A stretch of DNA of 64,000 nt from a virus (taxonomy: Duplodnaviria > Caudoviricetes). The stretch covers positions 345 to 64,344 of the IMG/VR virus record IMGVR_UViG_3300044825_002279; one strand, given 5' to 3'. The notes beneath the pieces are model-generated. The model was not told where the DNA came from. It did no database searches and saw only the letters and a program-made list of their open reading frames with translations. Below, piece by piece: positions 47,683-57,552 of the stretch (its first letter is position 1; every line of letters begins with the position of its first letter). The position numbers were made by a program, and so were the translations under genes.

Positions 47683-47823
47683 ATGGACTGGCTCTGGATC
47701 TTGCTTGCCCTCGCCGTGCTCGCCGGAGCCGTGTGGTGGACACTGCGCGGCCCTGGCGGCGGCGATGACGACACGACCCAGCAGCGCTGGGGCGGCGGCG
47801 GTGGGCGCGGCCGGGGCCGTTGA
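47683..47823 (+). CDS. Small single-TM protein
   Basis: MDWLWILLALAVLAGAVWW; GGAG RBS. Confidence 0.55.
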   Translation: MDWLWILLALAVLAGAVWWTLRGPGGGDDDTTQQRWGGGGGRGRGR

Positions 47824-48536
47824 CACCGATGCAGTCCGCGCCGCACCATCCGGGCCATGCGACGGTGGTGGCTCCTGGCGACGCTCTCCGCGCTCCTGGC
47901 GGCCTGCCGGGAGCGGATCGTCGGCTGGGGGGCGGGCGGGGCACGCCGACGCCGCAGACCATCGCCACCCGACCGCGGCTAGTCCTCGCCTGGCTGTGCC
48001 TGCTCATCGCCGGCATGGCCATGGCGCTCACCGGACAGGTCACGTGGCGCATCGGCGGCCATGAGGTGTACGGCGAGTATGTCGTGGAGTTCCTGGCGCT
48101 GGGTGCGGCCGGGTTCGCCCTGCTCGTGTTCGGGCTGCGGAGCCTGCCCGAGCTGATCGCCGCGCGCGTCACGCTCGGCCTGGCGCTGGTCTCGCCTATC
48201 ACCGCCGCGTGGTCGTCCGACTGGTACTGGTCCGCCGAGCTGCTGCTGCACCTCGCCATCGTCGGCCAGCTTGCCGCGTGGGGGCGCGAGGCCCGGCGCA
48301 TGGGCTCCAATGAGGCTTGGCCGGTTGGCGTCATGTTCGCCGGCATGGCGGTCGAGGCGGTCAACATCGCCTGGAAGATGACGCTCGGTCCTGACGTTCC
48401 GGCCGGGTGCGACGCCGCGTTTTACCTCTCGTGCACTGCCAGCCCGCACGCCGCGATGGCGCTGCCGCTGCTGATGACCCTGGCTATGGTGCCATGGTGG
48501 CTCGGCATCCGCGCCCCGTGGCGGCGGCGGAGCTAG
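47820..48536 (+). CDS. Multi-pass membrane protein
   Basis: About six hydrophobic segments; start uncertain. Confidence 0.6.
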   Translation: MTPMQSAPHHPGHATVVAPGDALRAPGGLPGADRRLGGGRGTPTPQTIATRPRLVLAWLCLLIAGMAMALTGQVTWRIGGHEVYGEYVVEFLALGAAGFALLVFGLRSLPELIAARVTLGLALVSPITAAWSSDWYWSAELLLHLAIVGQLAAWGREARRMGSNEAWPVGVMFAGMAVEAVNIAWKMTLGPDVPAGCDAAFYLSCTASPHAAMALPLLMTLAMVPWWLGIRAPWRRRS

Positions 48537-48775
48537 ACCTTGCATGGCTGGTCCTGGCGATAGCGTTAGGGGTCGCGGCAATCGCACCATTTTGGCTAAA
48601 ATCCAACCCACCGGACGCCTTGGACGCGCGCACGAAAGAGCTGCGCGAGGAATTCGCACGGCAAGCCGAGGTCGATGCGGAGCGCATGGCTAGGATCGAG
48701 GCGGAGCTGGCGGCGCTCAAGCGGTGGATCGCCCAGGAATTCGATGCGCTGCGCTCCCGGCGGCCACGGTCGTGA
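48518..48775 (+). CDS. TM + coiled-coil protein
   Basis: LAWLVLAIALGVAAIAPFW then heptads; start uncertain. Confidence 0.5.
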   Translation: MAAAELDLAWLVLAIALGVAAIAPFWLKSNPPDALDARTKELREEFARQAEVDAERMARIEAELAALKRWIAQEFDALRSRRPRS

Positions 48776-49137
48776 CCACCGAAGGCGCACTGGCCGAGAA
48801 GGTCCGCCGGCTCGAGCGCGACGTCGAGGATCTCGAGCAGCGGGTCGAGGCCGCGCACCGCCGGGCAGAGGCGGCAGGCGGGGCCGCGGAGACCGCTATC
48901 GCCGAGGTCGGCCGGGTCAATGTGAACCTGCAGCACACCACGCGGATTGCCCAGGGCGTGGACGCCGCGCTCAAGACCCGGATGCAGGAGGAGGAGGTGC
49001 AGCGCCGGTCGCAAAGCGCGATCTGGCGCATGGTGCAGATCGCCGCCAGCTTGGGGCTGTTCGCATGGTCGCTGTTCACCGGCAAGCTCTCGACCACCCT
49101 GGAATATCTGCGGCAGCTCGCGGCGGGGCCAAAGTGA
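48772..49137 (+). CDS. Coiled-coil + C-terminal TM protein (holin/XhlA-like architecture)
   Basis: GTGA overlap; VRRLERDVEDLEQRV heptads, then a TM. Confidence 0.55.
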   Translation: MTTEGALAEKVRRLERDVEDLEQRVEAAHRRAEAAGGAAETAIAEVGRVNVNLQHTTRIAQGVDAALKTRMQEEEVQRRSQSAIWRMVQIAASLGLFAWSLFTGKLSTTLEYLRQLAAGPK

Positions 49138-49634
49138 GCGAGGTCGTCTATCGGCGGATCACCTGGGCGCACCGGCTGCTGGTGTGGCCTATCGTGCTCC
49201 TGTGCGGCGTCATCCCGGTCCTGATCTACGAGCAGGAGATCCGCGCCTTCTTCCGCCCGCCACCATTCGAGACGCTGGCCTCCCGCGGCGAGCTGATGCC
49301 CAACGGCCGCTGGAGGGTGACCTTCGACTTCAACGTCCGGGAGCAGTGCAGAGATGTGACCTGGCGCAAGTCGTTCCTGTTTCAGGGCCACGGCAACTAT
49401 GTGCTGCTCGATGCCGTGGACGCGATCAGCCCGAACGCCCGGCCGGCGGTGCAGGCGGGCGGTGCCAGCAAGCCCGGCCCGCTGGAGTTCTGGCTGGAGT
49501 ACGAGCCCATCCCCGGCGAGGTCGGCGCGTTCCTTGTCATCGGCTACTTCTCCGGCTGCCCGTCGGGCGCGGATCAGATCGTCAACCTGCCGCCCGTGGC
49601 GGTGGACTGGAGCGGTCTCGCCGCCCCCGGCTAA
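49134..49634 (+). CDS. Membrane-anchored hypothetical protein
   Basis: N-terminal TM and a Cys-containing beta domain. Confidence 0.6.
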   Translation: MSEVVYRRITWAHRLLVWPIVLLCGVIPVLIYEQEIRAFFRPPPFETLASRGELMPNGRWRVTFDFNVREQCRDVTWRKSFLFQGHGNYVLLDAVDAISPNARPAVQAGGASKPGPLEFWLEYEPIPGEVGAFLVIGYFSGCPSGADQIVNLPPVAVDWSGLAAPG

Positions 49635-49743
49635 TCGGCTGACTCCCGCACGCCCCGGCCGCATCCACGGCACACCACAGCCGCGGACAGAGCGCCCATG
49701 ACGTTCCCGACCTCGCGCCGGCAGCCGGGCGCGGTCCGCTAAG

Positions 49744-52700
49744 ATGGCAGCCGCCGCTCCGGTTCTGCTCGGCACGCCCTCGGGCGCTTCGGCCGCCACG
49801 GTCACCTCCGGCTCGGTCACGCCGACCCCGCACCACGTCATGGTGGTCCAGGGCTGCGCCCGCGTGAGCCTCGGAACGGCGCCGGCGTCCATCACCCTGA
49901 CCAACTCCGCCGGTTGGACCTTCACCCAGATCGACGACTTCCCGTCGGCCAGCGGGGTGAGCCCTAGCCTGCGGCAGACGATATGGGTGATCGAGGTCCC
50001 GGACCCTTCCGTGTCGCTCACGGTCACGCTGAATTGCGTGGGCGCCAACACGATGCAGATCACCATGTTCGAGGTCCCGGGCGTCCTCGCCTCGGTGAGC
50101 AATCTGGGTCACGACGACAGCACCGCCGGTGATCCGGCCGTGACGATCAGCGCTCCGGCGACGAGCAGCCTGGTGCTCGGGATCGCGGCTTTCGCCGGCA
50201 CCACGTCGCCGGCGACGTCGCCGCTGGCCACCGAGCTGGTCGAGACGATCGCGAACCAGATCACGTCGGAGATCCGCTACACGCTGGGCAGCGGCCCTTC
50301 CTCGGCGACCTGGAGCACCGCGAACGCGCGCTCGGTGGGCACGCTGATCGAGTTCGTCGCCAGGACGGCCTTCAGCATGGCGGTGGCGGCCGGCAGCTTG
50401 GCGGCGGCCGGCCAGGCGCTCGGCGCCAGAACGGACCGCCGGGTGGCCGTGGCGGCCGGTTCGTGCACGGCCTCCGGCCAAGTCCTCGCCCTGCGCGCGG
50501 CGCGCATCATGGCGCTCGACGCCGCGACCTTCACCCATGCCGGCCAGGCGCTCGCACTCCGGGCCGATCGTAGACTGGCGCTTGCGGCAGCGGCTTACGT
50601 GGCGACCCCGCAGGACCTCACGATCCGCCCGCCGATCCGGATCACGCTCGCGGCCGGTTCGTTCGCCGCCACCGCCCAGCCGACAACCCTGCTGCTGGCC
50701 CGCAGTCTGGTGGCCGCGACCGGAAGCTACGGCATCACGGGCCCGCCTCTGGCCCTGCGGCTCGGCCGCGCCATGGCTACGGCCGCCGGCGCGTTCACGG
50801 CTACCGGGCGCGACATCTTCCTGCTGACCCAGGACCCGAGCGCGATCCAGCGCCCGACCGTCCTGACCGCCAAGGGCGTCTCGGCCAACGCCCTCACCAC
50901 CGACAATTTCCCCACGACCCCTGGCGCGCTCCTGATCGTCCAGGCGGCGTCCCGCCTCGCATCGGGCACGGCGCCGGACACGATCTCGATCACGGGCTCG
51001 GCCGGCCTGACATGGGAGCCCGAGGACGATTTCCCGTCGGCGAGCGGCACCAGCCCGAGCTCGCGCCAGACGGTCTGGACCGCGGTGGTGCCGACCGACG
51101 CTACCGTGATGAACGTCGCGCTTGCCTGCACCAATGCCGCGCAGCTCGGCGTCGTGGTCTACGAGATCCCCGCCGGGGCTTCGCCGACGATCACCAATGT
51201 CGGCCACGCCGCCAGCAGTGTCGGCGATCCGTCGGCCAGCATATCGACGCCCAAGACCCCGAGCATGGTCCTGGGGCTCGCGGCCTTCGCGGGCACCAGC
51301 GCTCCGTCGGCCTCGCCGCTGGCGCGCGCGATCCGCTCCGCCGGCCTGACCTCGACGGGCCTCTACCTCGAGGCGCGATACACGCTCGGGACCGGGCCTT
51401 CCTCGGCCGCCTGGACGTCCGCGAACGCCCGGTCGGTCGGAGCGCTCCTGGAGATCGAGAGCGCCGGCTACCAGCTGGCGCTTGAGGCAGGTTCGTTCGC
51501 TGCCGCCGGTCAGGACCTGGCGTTGCGGGCCGGGCGCAGCCTCGCCGTGGCCGCCGGTTCGTTCGCCGCTACCGGGCAGGCCCTGGCGCCGCAGCTGGCC
51601 CGCCGGATCGGGCCGGTGGCCGGGGCGCTCACCCTCGCCAGCGACGGGCTGATCCTGCGTCGTGGCCGCCCGGTGATCGTCGCGGCCGGATCGTTCACGC
51701 TCACCGGGCGCGCGGTGGCGCTCAAGTTCGGGCGCAACCTGTCGCTGGCCACAGGGGCGTTCACGCTCTCGGGGCAGGCGCTGGCGCTGCGGGCCGGGCG
51801 CACGTTGCCCCTGGCGGCCGCCGCGTTCGCGTTCACCGGGGGCAGCCTTACCCTCGCGGTCGGCAAGCGGTTCCCGGTCGAGGCCGGGACTTTCACGCTC
51901 GCGGGGCAAACGCTGGCGACCCGGCTCGGGCTGGCGCTGCCGCTGGGCGCCGGATCGTTCACGCTTGCGGGCGTCGCGCTCACGCTGCGCTACGGCAAGG
52001 GCATCGCGGTCACCGGGGGCGAGTTCGCCGCCTCGCCGGTCGACCTCATCCTGCGGGCCGATCGCGTGCTGCCAGCCGAGGCGGCGGCGTTCGCGGCCAC
52101 CGGGGAGGATCTGGTCCCGCGCAAGGGTTACTATCTCAGTCCGGCCGCCGGCGACTTCACGGTCGCGGGGCAGGATCTCGGCGGGCGCCTGGGCTATACG
52201 ATCAGGATCGATCCGGCCGCGTGCGAGGTCGTGGGCTACGATCTGGCGCTGGTGCACGGCTACCCCGTGGCGCTGGGCGCCGGGGACTTTGCCGCGGCCG
52301 GCCAGGACCTGGTGCTGCGCGGCGGGTTCAATCTCCCGGTTGAGCGCCTCGACCTCAGTATTGCGACCGAATCGCTGGGCCTCGGCGCAGCCCGCATCGT
52401 TCAGATCGAGGCCGGATCGTTCGCCCTGACCGGCCAGGACCTTTCTCCTCGCGCCGGCCGGATGCTGTTGCCCGCCCCGGGCGCGATCTCCCTATCCGGC
52501 CAGGACCTGGCGCTTGAGGCGGGGCGCGTACTGCCGGCCGGTGCCGGGGCGTTCCTGGCCACACCGCGCGAGACGCCGCTCACCCGCAGCCGCCTGTTCC
52601 CGTTGGGCGCTGGATCCTTCCCGCTGCAATCGGACGGCCTCGGCTTCGTCGTCGAGCGCCGGATGGCCGTCGAGCCCGGGGCGTTCCTGGTGGCGGGCGT

Positions 52701-53880
52701 CGCGGTCACCCTGGAGCGACCTCGGTTGCTGGCGCTGGATCCCGGCGAGTTCACCGCGGCCGGCCAGGATCTCGGGTTCCCGGTCACGCGAGCGCTGCTG
52801 CCGGGCGTCGGCGAGTTCACGATCTCCGGCCAGGACCTCGGCACCGCAGCGGCGCGCCGGATCGGGCTTGCGGCCGTCGCCGTCGCCGTGTCGGGCCAGG
52901 ATCTGGCGCTGGCGGCCGCGCGCGAGCTCGCGCCAGAGGCGGGGGCATTCACGCTCGCCGGCCAGTCAGCTTCACTGCGGCCCGATCGGTCCCTGGCCGT
53001 CGGACCCGGTACCGTGGATCTCACCAGCGGCGACCTGGTGTCCCGGCGCGGGGTCTCCCTGGAGGTCGCGGCGGGCGAGTTCGCCGCCACGGGGCTGGAC
53101 CTCGTGTTCCGGGCCGATCGGCGGCTGGCGCCCGAGCCCGGCGCGTTCACGGCCGCGCCCGAGGACACCGGCCTTTTCCACGGTCCCCGGATGTCGGTCG
53201 AGGCCGGCGAGTTCGCGCTCTCGGGCGGCGATCTCGTGGCCGGTCGCCACATCACGAGCCCGGTCGAGCCCGGCGAGTTCGCGCTCGCCAGCGTCGCGGC
53301 GATCATGCGAGCCACCCGAAGCATCGACCTGTGGCGCGGCGTGCTCGAACTCGGCGCCGGCTCTCTCACCCTCACCCTGGCGCGGTCGATCACCTTTCGC
53401 CGGCGGGTCAATCTCGCGGGCGCCTTCGACCTGCGGCGCGAACTCGCCGGCAGCGTCCGGCAGCCGATCCCGGCCAGCTTTCGGCTGCGCTACGTTTTCG
53501 CCGCGTCCACGGTCCGCCCCGCAACAGGTGGCGATGTCCCGATGGTCGTGTGTCCCGACGAGACGATCCAGCGAGCCCAGGATGTGATCCTGGAGTTCCT
53601 GGTCGCCGGTGGCGCCGGGGCCGCGGCCGCGCAGTGGTACCTGGCGCCCAGCCGCGGCACCGCCGCCGCCAGCCGCCTGCTCACCGTCGTGAGCCCGACG
53701 AACGTCACGATCACCGACGTGGGTGCCGACGCCAAGGTCGAGATCCTGATCACCAGCACCCAGACCGAGAGCCTGCCGGTCGGCCGGTTCTTCCATCAGC
53801 TCTGGGTCGAGGATGCGCAAGGCCATGACGTGCCCGTGGCCGAGGGCGTGCTGGTCGTCGACGACAGTCTGAAGAACTAG
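49744..53880 (+). CDS. Long fibre-like repeat protein: duplicated ~200-aa domain, many ~20-aa AGxFxxxGQxLxL repeats, C-terminal globular domain
   Basis: DDFPSASG.SPS.RQT.W and RYTLG.GPSSA.W..ANARSVG each occur twice; repeats visible throughout. Confidence 0.75.
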   Translation: MAAAAPVLLGTPSGASAATVTSGSVTPTPHHVMVVQGCARVSLGTAPASITLTNSAGWTFTQIDDFPSASGVSPSLRQTIWVIEVPDPSVSLTVTLNCVGANTMQITMFEVPGVLASVSNLGHDDSTAGDPAVTISAPATSSLVLGIAAFAGTTSPATSPLATELVETIANQITSEIRYTLGSGPSSATWSTANARSVGTLIEFVARTAFSMAVAAGSLAAAGQALGARTDRRVAVAAGSCTASGQVLALRAARIMALDAATFTHAGQALALRADRRLALAAAAYVATPQDLTIRPPIRITLAAGSFAATAQPTTLLLARSLVAATGSYGITGPPLALRLGRAMATAAGAFTATGRDIFLLTQDPSAIQRPTVLTAKGVSANALTTDNFPTTPGALLIVQAASRLASGTAPDTISITGSAGLTWEPEDDFPSASGTSPSSRQTVWTAVVPTDATVMNVALACTNAAQLGVVVYEIPAGASPTITNVGHAASSVGDPSASISTPKTPSMVLGLAAFAGTSAPSASPLARAIRSAGLTSTGLYLEARYTLGTGPSSAAWTSANARSVGALLEIESAGYQLALEAGSFAAAGQDLALRAGRSLAVAAGSFAATGQALAPQLARRIGPVAGALTLASDGLILRRGRPVIVAAGSFTLTGRAVALKFGRNLSLATGAFTLSGQALALRAGRTLPLAAAAFAFTGGSLTLAVGKRFPVEAGTFTLAGQTLATRLGLALPLGAGSFTLAGVALTLRYGKGIAVTGGEFAASPVDLILRADRVLPAEAAAFAATGEDLVPRKGYYLSPAAGDFTVAGQDLGGRLGYTIRIDPAACEVVGYDLALVHGYPVALGAGDFAAAGQDLVLRGGFNLPVERLDLSIATESLGLGAARIVQIEAGSFALTGQDLSPRAGRMLLPAPGAISLSGQDLALEAGRVLPAGAGAFLATPRETPLTRSRLFPLGAGSFPLQSDGLGFVVERRMAVEPGAFLVAGVAVTLERPRLLALDPGEFTAAGQDLGFPVTRALLPGVGEFTISGQDLGTAAARRIGLAAVAVAVSGQDLALAAARELAPEAGAFTLAGQSASLRPDRSLAVGPGTVDLTSGDLVSRRGVSLEVAAGEFAATGLDLVFRADRRLAPEPGAFTAAPEDTGLFHGPRMSVEAGEFALSGGDLVAGRHITSPVEPGEFALASVAAIMRATRSIDLWRGVLELGAGSLTLTLARSITFRRRVNLAGAFDLRRELAGSVRQPIPASFRLRYVFAASTVRPATGGDVPMVVCPDETIQRAQDVILEFLVAGGAGAAAAQWYLAPSRGTAAASRLLTVVSPTNVTITDVGADAKVEILITSTQTESLPVGRFFHQLWVEDAQGHDVPVAEGVLVVDDSLKN

Positions 53881-53898
53881 CCCCGCCAGGAGTAAGTC

Positions 53899-54324
53899 AT
53901 GGCCACGTTCACGAAGTTCCAGGGATTTGTGGAGGCGCTTGCCGAGAAGAAGCATAATCTCGGCGCCGACACACTGCGGTACTACCTGACCAATACCGCA
54001 CCCGACGCCGCCGCCGACTTCGTCAAGGCCGATCTCCCGACCGAGATCAGCGCCGGCAACGGCTACACGGCCGGCGGCCCCTCGATCACGATCAGCAGCT
54101 CGGCCCAGACCTCGGGTACCTACAAGCTGGTGATCGCCGACGTGACGATCACGGCAGCCGGCGGCTCGATTGGCCCGTTCCGCTACATCGTGCTCTACAA
54201 CGACACGGCGTCCAACGACGAGCTGATCGGCTACTTCGACTACGGGAGCTCGATCACCCTGCAGGACACCGAGACGTTCACGTTGGACGCGGATGCGACC
54301 AACGGCATCCTGACGATCGCCTGA
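53899..54324 (+). CDS. Conserved phage virion protein (probable fibre base/adaptor)
   Basis: [32 protein letters not shown]; AGGAG RBS. Confidence 0.7.
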   Translation: MATFTKFQGFVEALAEKKHNLGADTLRYYLTNTAPDAAADFVKADLPTEISAGNGYTAGGPSITISSSAQTSGTYKLVIADVTITAAGGSIGPFRYIVLYNDTASNDELIGYFDYGSSITLQDTETFTLDADATNGILTIA

Positions 54325-54349
54325 GCCTCAGCCGCAGCCGGGGACAGCC

Positions 54350-55225
54350 ATGGCGATCTTCGACCGGGCCCAGCAGGCCTTCAACGATGCCGTCGACGCC
54401 GAGATAGGGGACCGGATCGCCTCGGCCGTGACCCCGATCGAGGAAGTCGCGGCCGGGGCTGCCCGGGATGCGACCGAGGCGTTGGCCGTGGCGCGGGGAG
54501 TGCCCGCCGGCCCCCAGGGCGAGCCTGGGGAGCCAGGGCCTATTGGCCCCCAGGGCGAGCCGGGACCGGCCGGCGCCCAGGGCCCGGAGGGGCCGCAGGG
54601 CCCGGAGGGGCCGCAGGGCCTGCGTGGGCCGGCCGGTCCCGATGGCGCGCCAGGACCGCAGGGCGAGCGCGGCCCGACCGGCCTGCCCGGTCGCGATGGC
54701 CTGGACGGGCTGCCCGGCGCTCGCGGCGAGGTCGGGCCGGCCGGGCCGACGGGCGAGCGTGGGCCGGAGGGTCCGCAGGGCCTCATCGGGTCGCAAGGGG
54801 TTCCTGGCCCCGCGGGCCCGGCCGGTCCCCAAGGCTCCGCAGGCCCGGCTGGCACCGTCGGCCCCACTGGCGCCGACGGTGCGCCAGCCACGGTCACGCT
54901 CGAGTTCGGACCGGTGACGGCGTTCCCCTACGTGCCCAACGCCGCCGACGCGGTGGGCGGGCAGATCCTGCTGGCGCCGGCGGCCACAGCGCAGGTCATT
55001 CTCCCGGCCGGGCTCCACTCGGCTGGTGCGCCTGCCGGGTTCCGGAGCTGGCGCAACGTCGTGTTCCTGATCGAGCCCAACGTCAGCGTGACGTTCATCG
55101 CCGGCGTGGGTGCGACCCTGCGGGCGACTGCGGACCTGGCGCCGATCTCGAGCTACGTCGCGACCGGACCGCTGCGCGCGGTGGTCATGCAGACCAACGG
55201 CACCGACTGGCGGCTGCTGCGGTGA
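54350..55225 (+). CDS. Collagen-like fibre protein
   Basis: About 42 uninterrupted G-X-Y triplets and a C-terminal beta domain. Confidence 0.85.
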   Translation: MAIFDRAQQAFNDAVDAEIGDRIASAVTPIEEVAAGAARDATEALAVARGVPAGPQGEPGEPGPIGPQGEPGPAGAQGPEGPQGPEGPQGLRGPAGPDGAPGPQGERGPTGLPGRDGLDGLPGARGEVGPAGPTGERGPEGPQGLIGSQGVPGPAGPAGPQGSAGPAGTVGPTGADGAPATVTLEFGPVTAFPYVPNAADAVGGQILLAPAATAQVILPAGLHSAGAPAGFRSWRNVVFLIEPNVSVTFIAGVGATLRATADLAPISSYVATGPLRAVVMQTNGTDWRLLR

Positions 55226-56439
55226 CCCCGCTGGCACGCCAGCTTGTCGGCCGCGACCCGGACATGGCGCGGCTGCTGGTCAATCCGTACAACCGGTGGA
55301 GCGCGCATCATCGCCCGCTCGGCCGCGGCATCCGCTACGGCATCCCGCCCGCGACGCTGCAGGCGAGGGTCGCCGATCCGATCTACGTGCCGGGGATCGA
55401 GGGGTCGCGCGGCCGGCTGGCGAACGCCACCATGTTCCGCCTGGGCCTCAACAAGCCCGGCGTGAAGCACGCCTATTGGGTCGAGCCCGGGCACCCGATG
55501 CGGGAGGTCGAGTTCCAGGCGCTGGCGCCAGGGGGCGGGCAGGGCAACGGCGACGGCCTGCCGGTGACGCTGCGGCTGCCGCCCCAGAACGCGACCACCT
55601 TCTACCCGCCCTATGCCGGCAGTCCGACCAACCCGGCCGCCGACGATCGCGACAACGAGATCCTGTTCTTCCCGCGCGGCGGCCTGCAGATCGACATGGC
55701 CGACTGCTTCCCGCAGTTCGTCTACGACAGCAAGCGGCCCGGGACGGCCGGCGGCAAGGCGTCGGCTCGATCGCGCCTGAGCTTCGGCCTCGGTGGCCGC
55801 GACGTCCGCGACCGGTGGGATGATCCCGGCAGCTGGGGCCCGAGCGCCATGGGCTGGCGGCTCCTGGGCGGGGTGCTGCGGCGCGCCGAGTGCGACGTGT
55901 TCTCGGACACGCCGCGGCCGGTCAACCACCTCCTGATCGCGACCGCCACCCGGCACAGCAACGCCGGGGCGCCGGCCAGTGCCCATATCCTGTCGCGCTT
56001 CGTCTCCTACCCGGGCTGGGGCACCGATACCCCGCTCCTGGCCGGCGAGAACCTGGGCGACCTGCCCTACGGCTCGATCCTCACGATCCGCGACATCGAT
56101 CTGGCCCTGCGCGAGCTCCTGGGCCTTAGCCCGTTCGGCAAGGTGCTGTTCGACACCATAGCGGGTTACGGCCTCTGCCTCGCCGACGGCCAGGGCCAGA
56201 CGGTCGACGGTGGCGGCGTTGTGCAGATGCGGGTCGATTGGGGTTGGGTGCCGGGCTCACCCGAGCATGCGCAGGTCGATGCCGACCTGATCAAGCTGCT
56301 GCCGCTGCTCTACCCCGTGTTCAACCCGCGCGGCCATGTCGGCGGCGACGCGCCCGAGATCTGGACCGACGGCCTGCCCTACGTCGGAGGTGGCGGCCCA
56401 AGGCTCGCCGGCAGCATCAACACGGCCTGGGATGCCTGA
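55222..56439 (+). CDS. Stand-alone copy of the unknown domain duplicated in 40475-45259
   Basis: [12 protein letters not shown]...GIPP, TRHS, GD.PYG, PVFNPR, GGGGPR...SINTAWD. Confidence 0.75.
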   Translation: MTPLARQLVGRDPDMARLLVNPYNRWSAHHRPLGRGIRYGIPPATLQARVADPIYVPGIEGSRGRLANATMFRLGLNKPGVKHAYWVEPGHPMREVEFQALAPGGGQGNGDGLPVTLRLPPQNATTFYPPYAGSPTNPAADDRDNEILFFPRGGLQIDMADCFPQFVYDSKRPGTAGGKASARSRLSFGLGGRDVRDRWDDPGSWGPSAMGWRLLGGVLRRAECDVFSDTPRPVNHLLIATATRHSNAGAPASAHILSRFVSYPGWGTDTPLLAGENLGDLPYGSILTIRDIDLALRELLGLSPFGKVLFDTIAGYGLCLADGQGQTVDGGGVVQMRVDWGWVPGSPEHAQVDADLIKLLPLLYPVFNPRGHVGGDAPEIWTDGLPYVGGGGPRLAGSINTAWDA

Positions 56440-56448
56440 CCGGCCGAG

Positions 56449-57240
56449 CTAGGCGAAGATGTCCAGGTGGTCGATCGGCAGGTGCCCCAGCACGTTGCTG
56501 AGCTCGATCGCGTCGTTCTCGACCCGGATCGTGAGCGCGCCTCGTGTCGGGTCGTAGACGACGTCGAGCCCGCCACCATCGCCGTCGGCGTCGGTCAGGG
56601 CACCATCATCGTTGGTGTCGAGCCAGTCCTTGGCCGTGGCGTCATCGGCCATCAGGGTGCCGTCCTCGTAGTAGATCGAGAGGCTCAGCCGCTCGCCCGG
56701 CGTGTAGTCGGCCCACAGGACCGTCATGCCGTCGGCGCCGACCCGGAACGCCATGTCGACCTGATCGGCGCCCTCGTTGCCGTAGATCACGGTCGGGCCC
56801 TGCATGTCCTCGAGGGTGAAGCTGGGGTGCAGGCTGCCGTCGCTGGCCTGCGATTGCCACCCGAAGTCGTCCCACTCGCCGGTCGAGATCACGTCGTCGC
56901 CGGCGCCGGCCTCGGTCACGCCATGGCAGAGCACGATCGTGTCGTTGCCATCCCCGCCATAGACCAGGGAGAAGTTCTGCCCGGCCACGATCAGGTCGTC
57001 GCCGCGCCCGCCGTCGATGAAGGCATAGCCGTTGCCGGCGCTGAGGCTGTCCTGGCCGTCCTTGCCCCAGAGCTCGTCGTAGCCGGCGCCTCCGTCGATC
57101 GCGTCAGCACCCAGCCCGCCATAAAGCCGGTCATTGCCGCCAAACCCGAAGATCACGTCGTCCCCGGCCTTGCCCGCGATGAGCTCTCCGGCCTCGGTGC
57201 CGAGCAGGGTGTCGGCCCTGGCGGTGCCCTGGATGGCCAT
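56449..57240 (-). CDS. RTX/hemolysin-type calcium-binding repeat protein (moron)
   Basis: Multiple GGxGxDxL nonapeptides; acidic; GGAG RBS; opposite strand next to attP. Confidence 0.85.
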   Translation of the reverse strand: MAIQGTARADTLLGTEAGELIAGKAGDDVIFGFGGNDRLYGGLGADAIDGGAGYDELWGKDGQDSLSAGNGYAFIDGGRGDDLIVAGQNFSLVYGGDGNDTIVLCHGVTEAGAGDDVISTGEWDDFGWQSQASDGSLHPSFTLEDMQGPTVIYGNEGADQVDMAFRVGADGMTVLWADYTPGERLSLSIYYEDGTLMADDATAKDWLDTNDDGALTDADGDGGGLDVVYDPTRGALTIRVENDAIELSNVLGHLPIDHLDIFA

Positions 57241-57464
57241 GTGTGCGCTCCCCGTTGGTTAGGCGGGCATCATGCGCCGGATGCGGGGCCGAGGCTTGTG
57301 GGAAAACGCACACGGCGCGGGCACAGTTCCGCGGCTGACTGGACGGGCTGCTGTGCCGCCGGACGCTCCGCTGCCGGCGTCGCTCTGTTCGCTTGATGCG
57401 TTAGACGCGCTGCCGGAAAGTCAGGGATCGCCTGACTTCCGGGCTTCCCGCCGCGATCTCTGCC

Positions 57465-57509
57465 CGGTTTTCAAGACCGCTCCGTTAAACCAAGCTCCGG
57501 CACCCATCC
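57465..57509 (-). pseudogene. 5' half of tRNA-Ser(UGA): acceptor 5' strand, D arm and anticodon arm only
   Basis: GGATGGG TG CCGGAGCTTGGTTTAACGG A GCGGT CTTGAAA ACCG; no T arm and no CCCATCC 3' acceptor strand downstream. Confidence 0.75.
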
Positions 57510-57523
57510 TGGCCTGAAACCCG

Positions 57524-57552
57524 CACATACGCTCGGTTCGGTCAGCTTTCAA
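57524..57552 (-). promoter_or_regulatory. Promoter reading into the tRNA 5' half
   Basis: TTGAAA-17 bp-TATGTG, 14 bp upstream of tRNA G1. Confidence 0.55.

Noticed and set aside
42800-56439. Diversity-generating retroelement or invertible cassette explaining the repeated domain
   Set aside because: No reverse transcriptase or invertase gene; copies differ throughout with indels, not only at adenines
57415-57509. Complete tRNA (Ser on the minus strand, or Sec-like TTCAA on the plus strand)
   Set aside because: No T arm, no matching acceptor 3' strand and no CCA; the plus-strand reading does not fold into a cloverleaf
57536-57550. LexA box (GTTC-N7-TTTC) in the tRNA promoter spacer
   Set aside because: One mismatch in an 8-bp consensus; expected by chance
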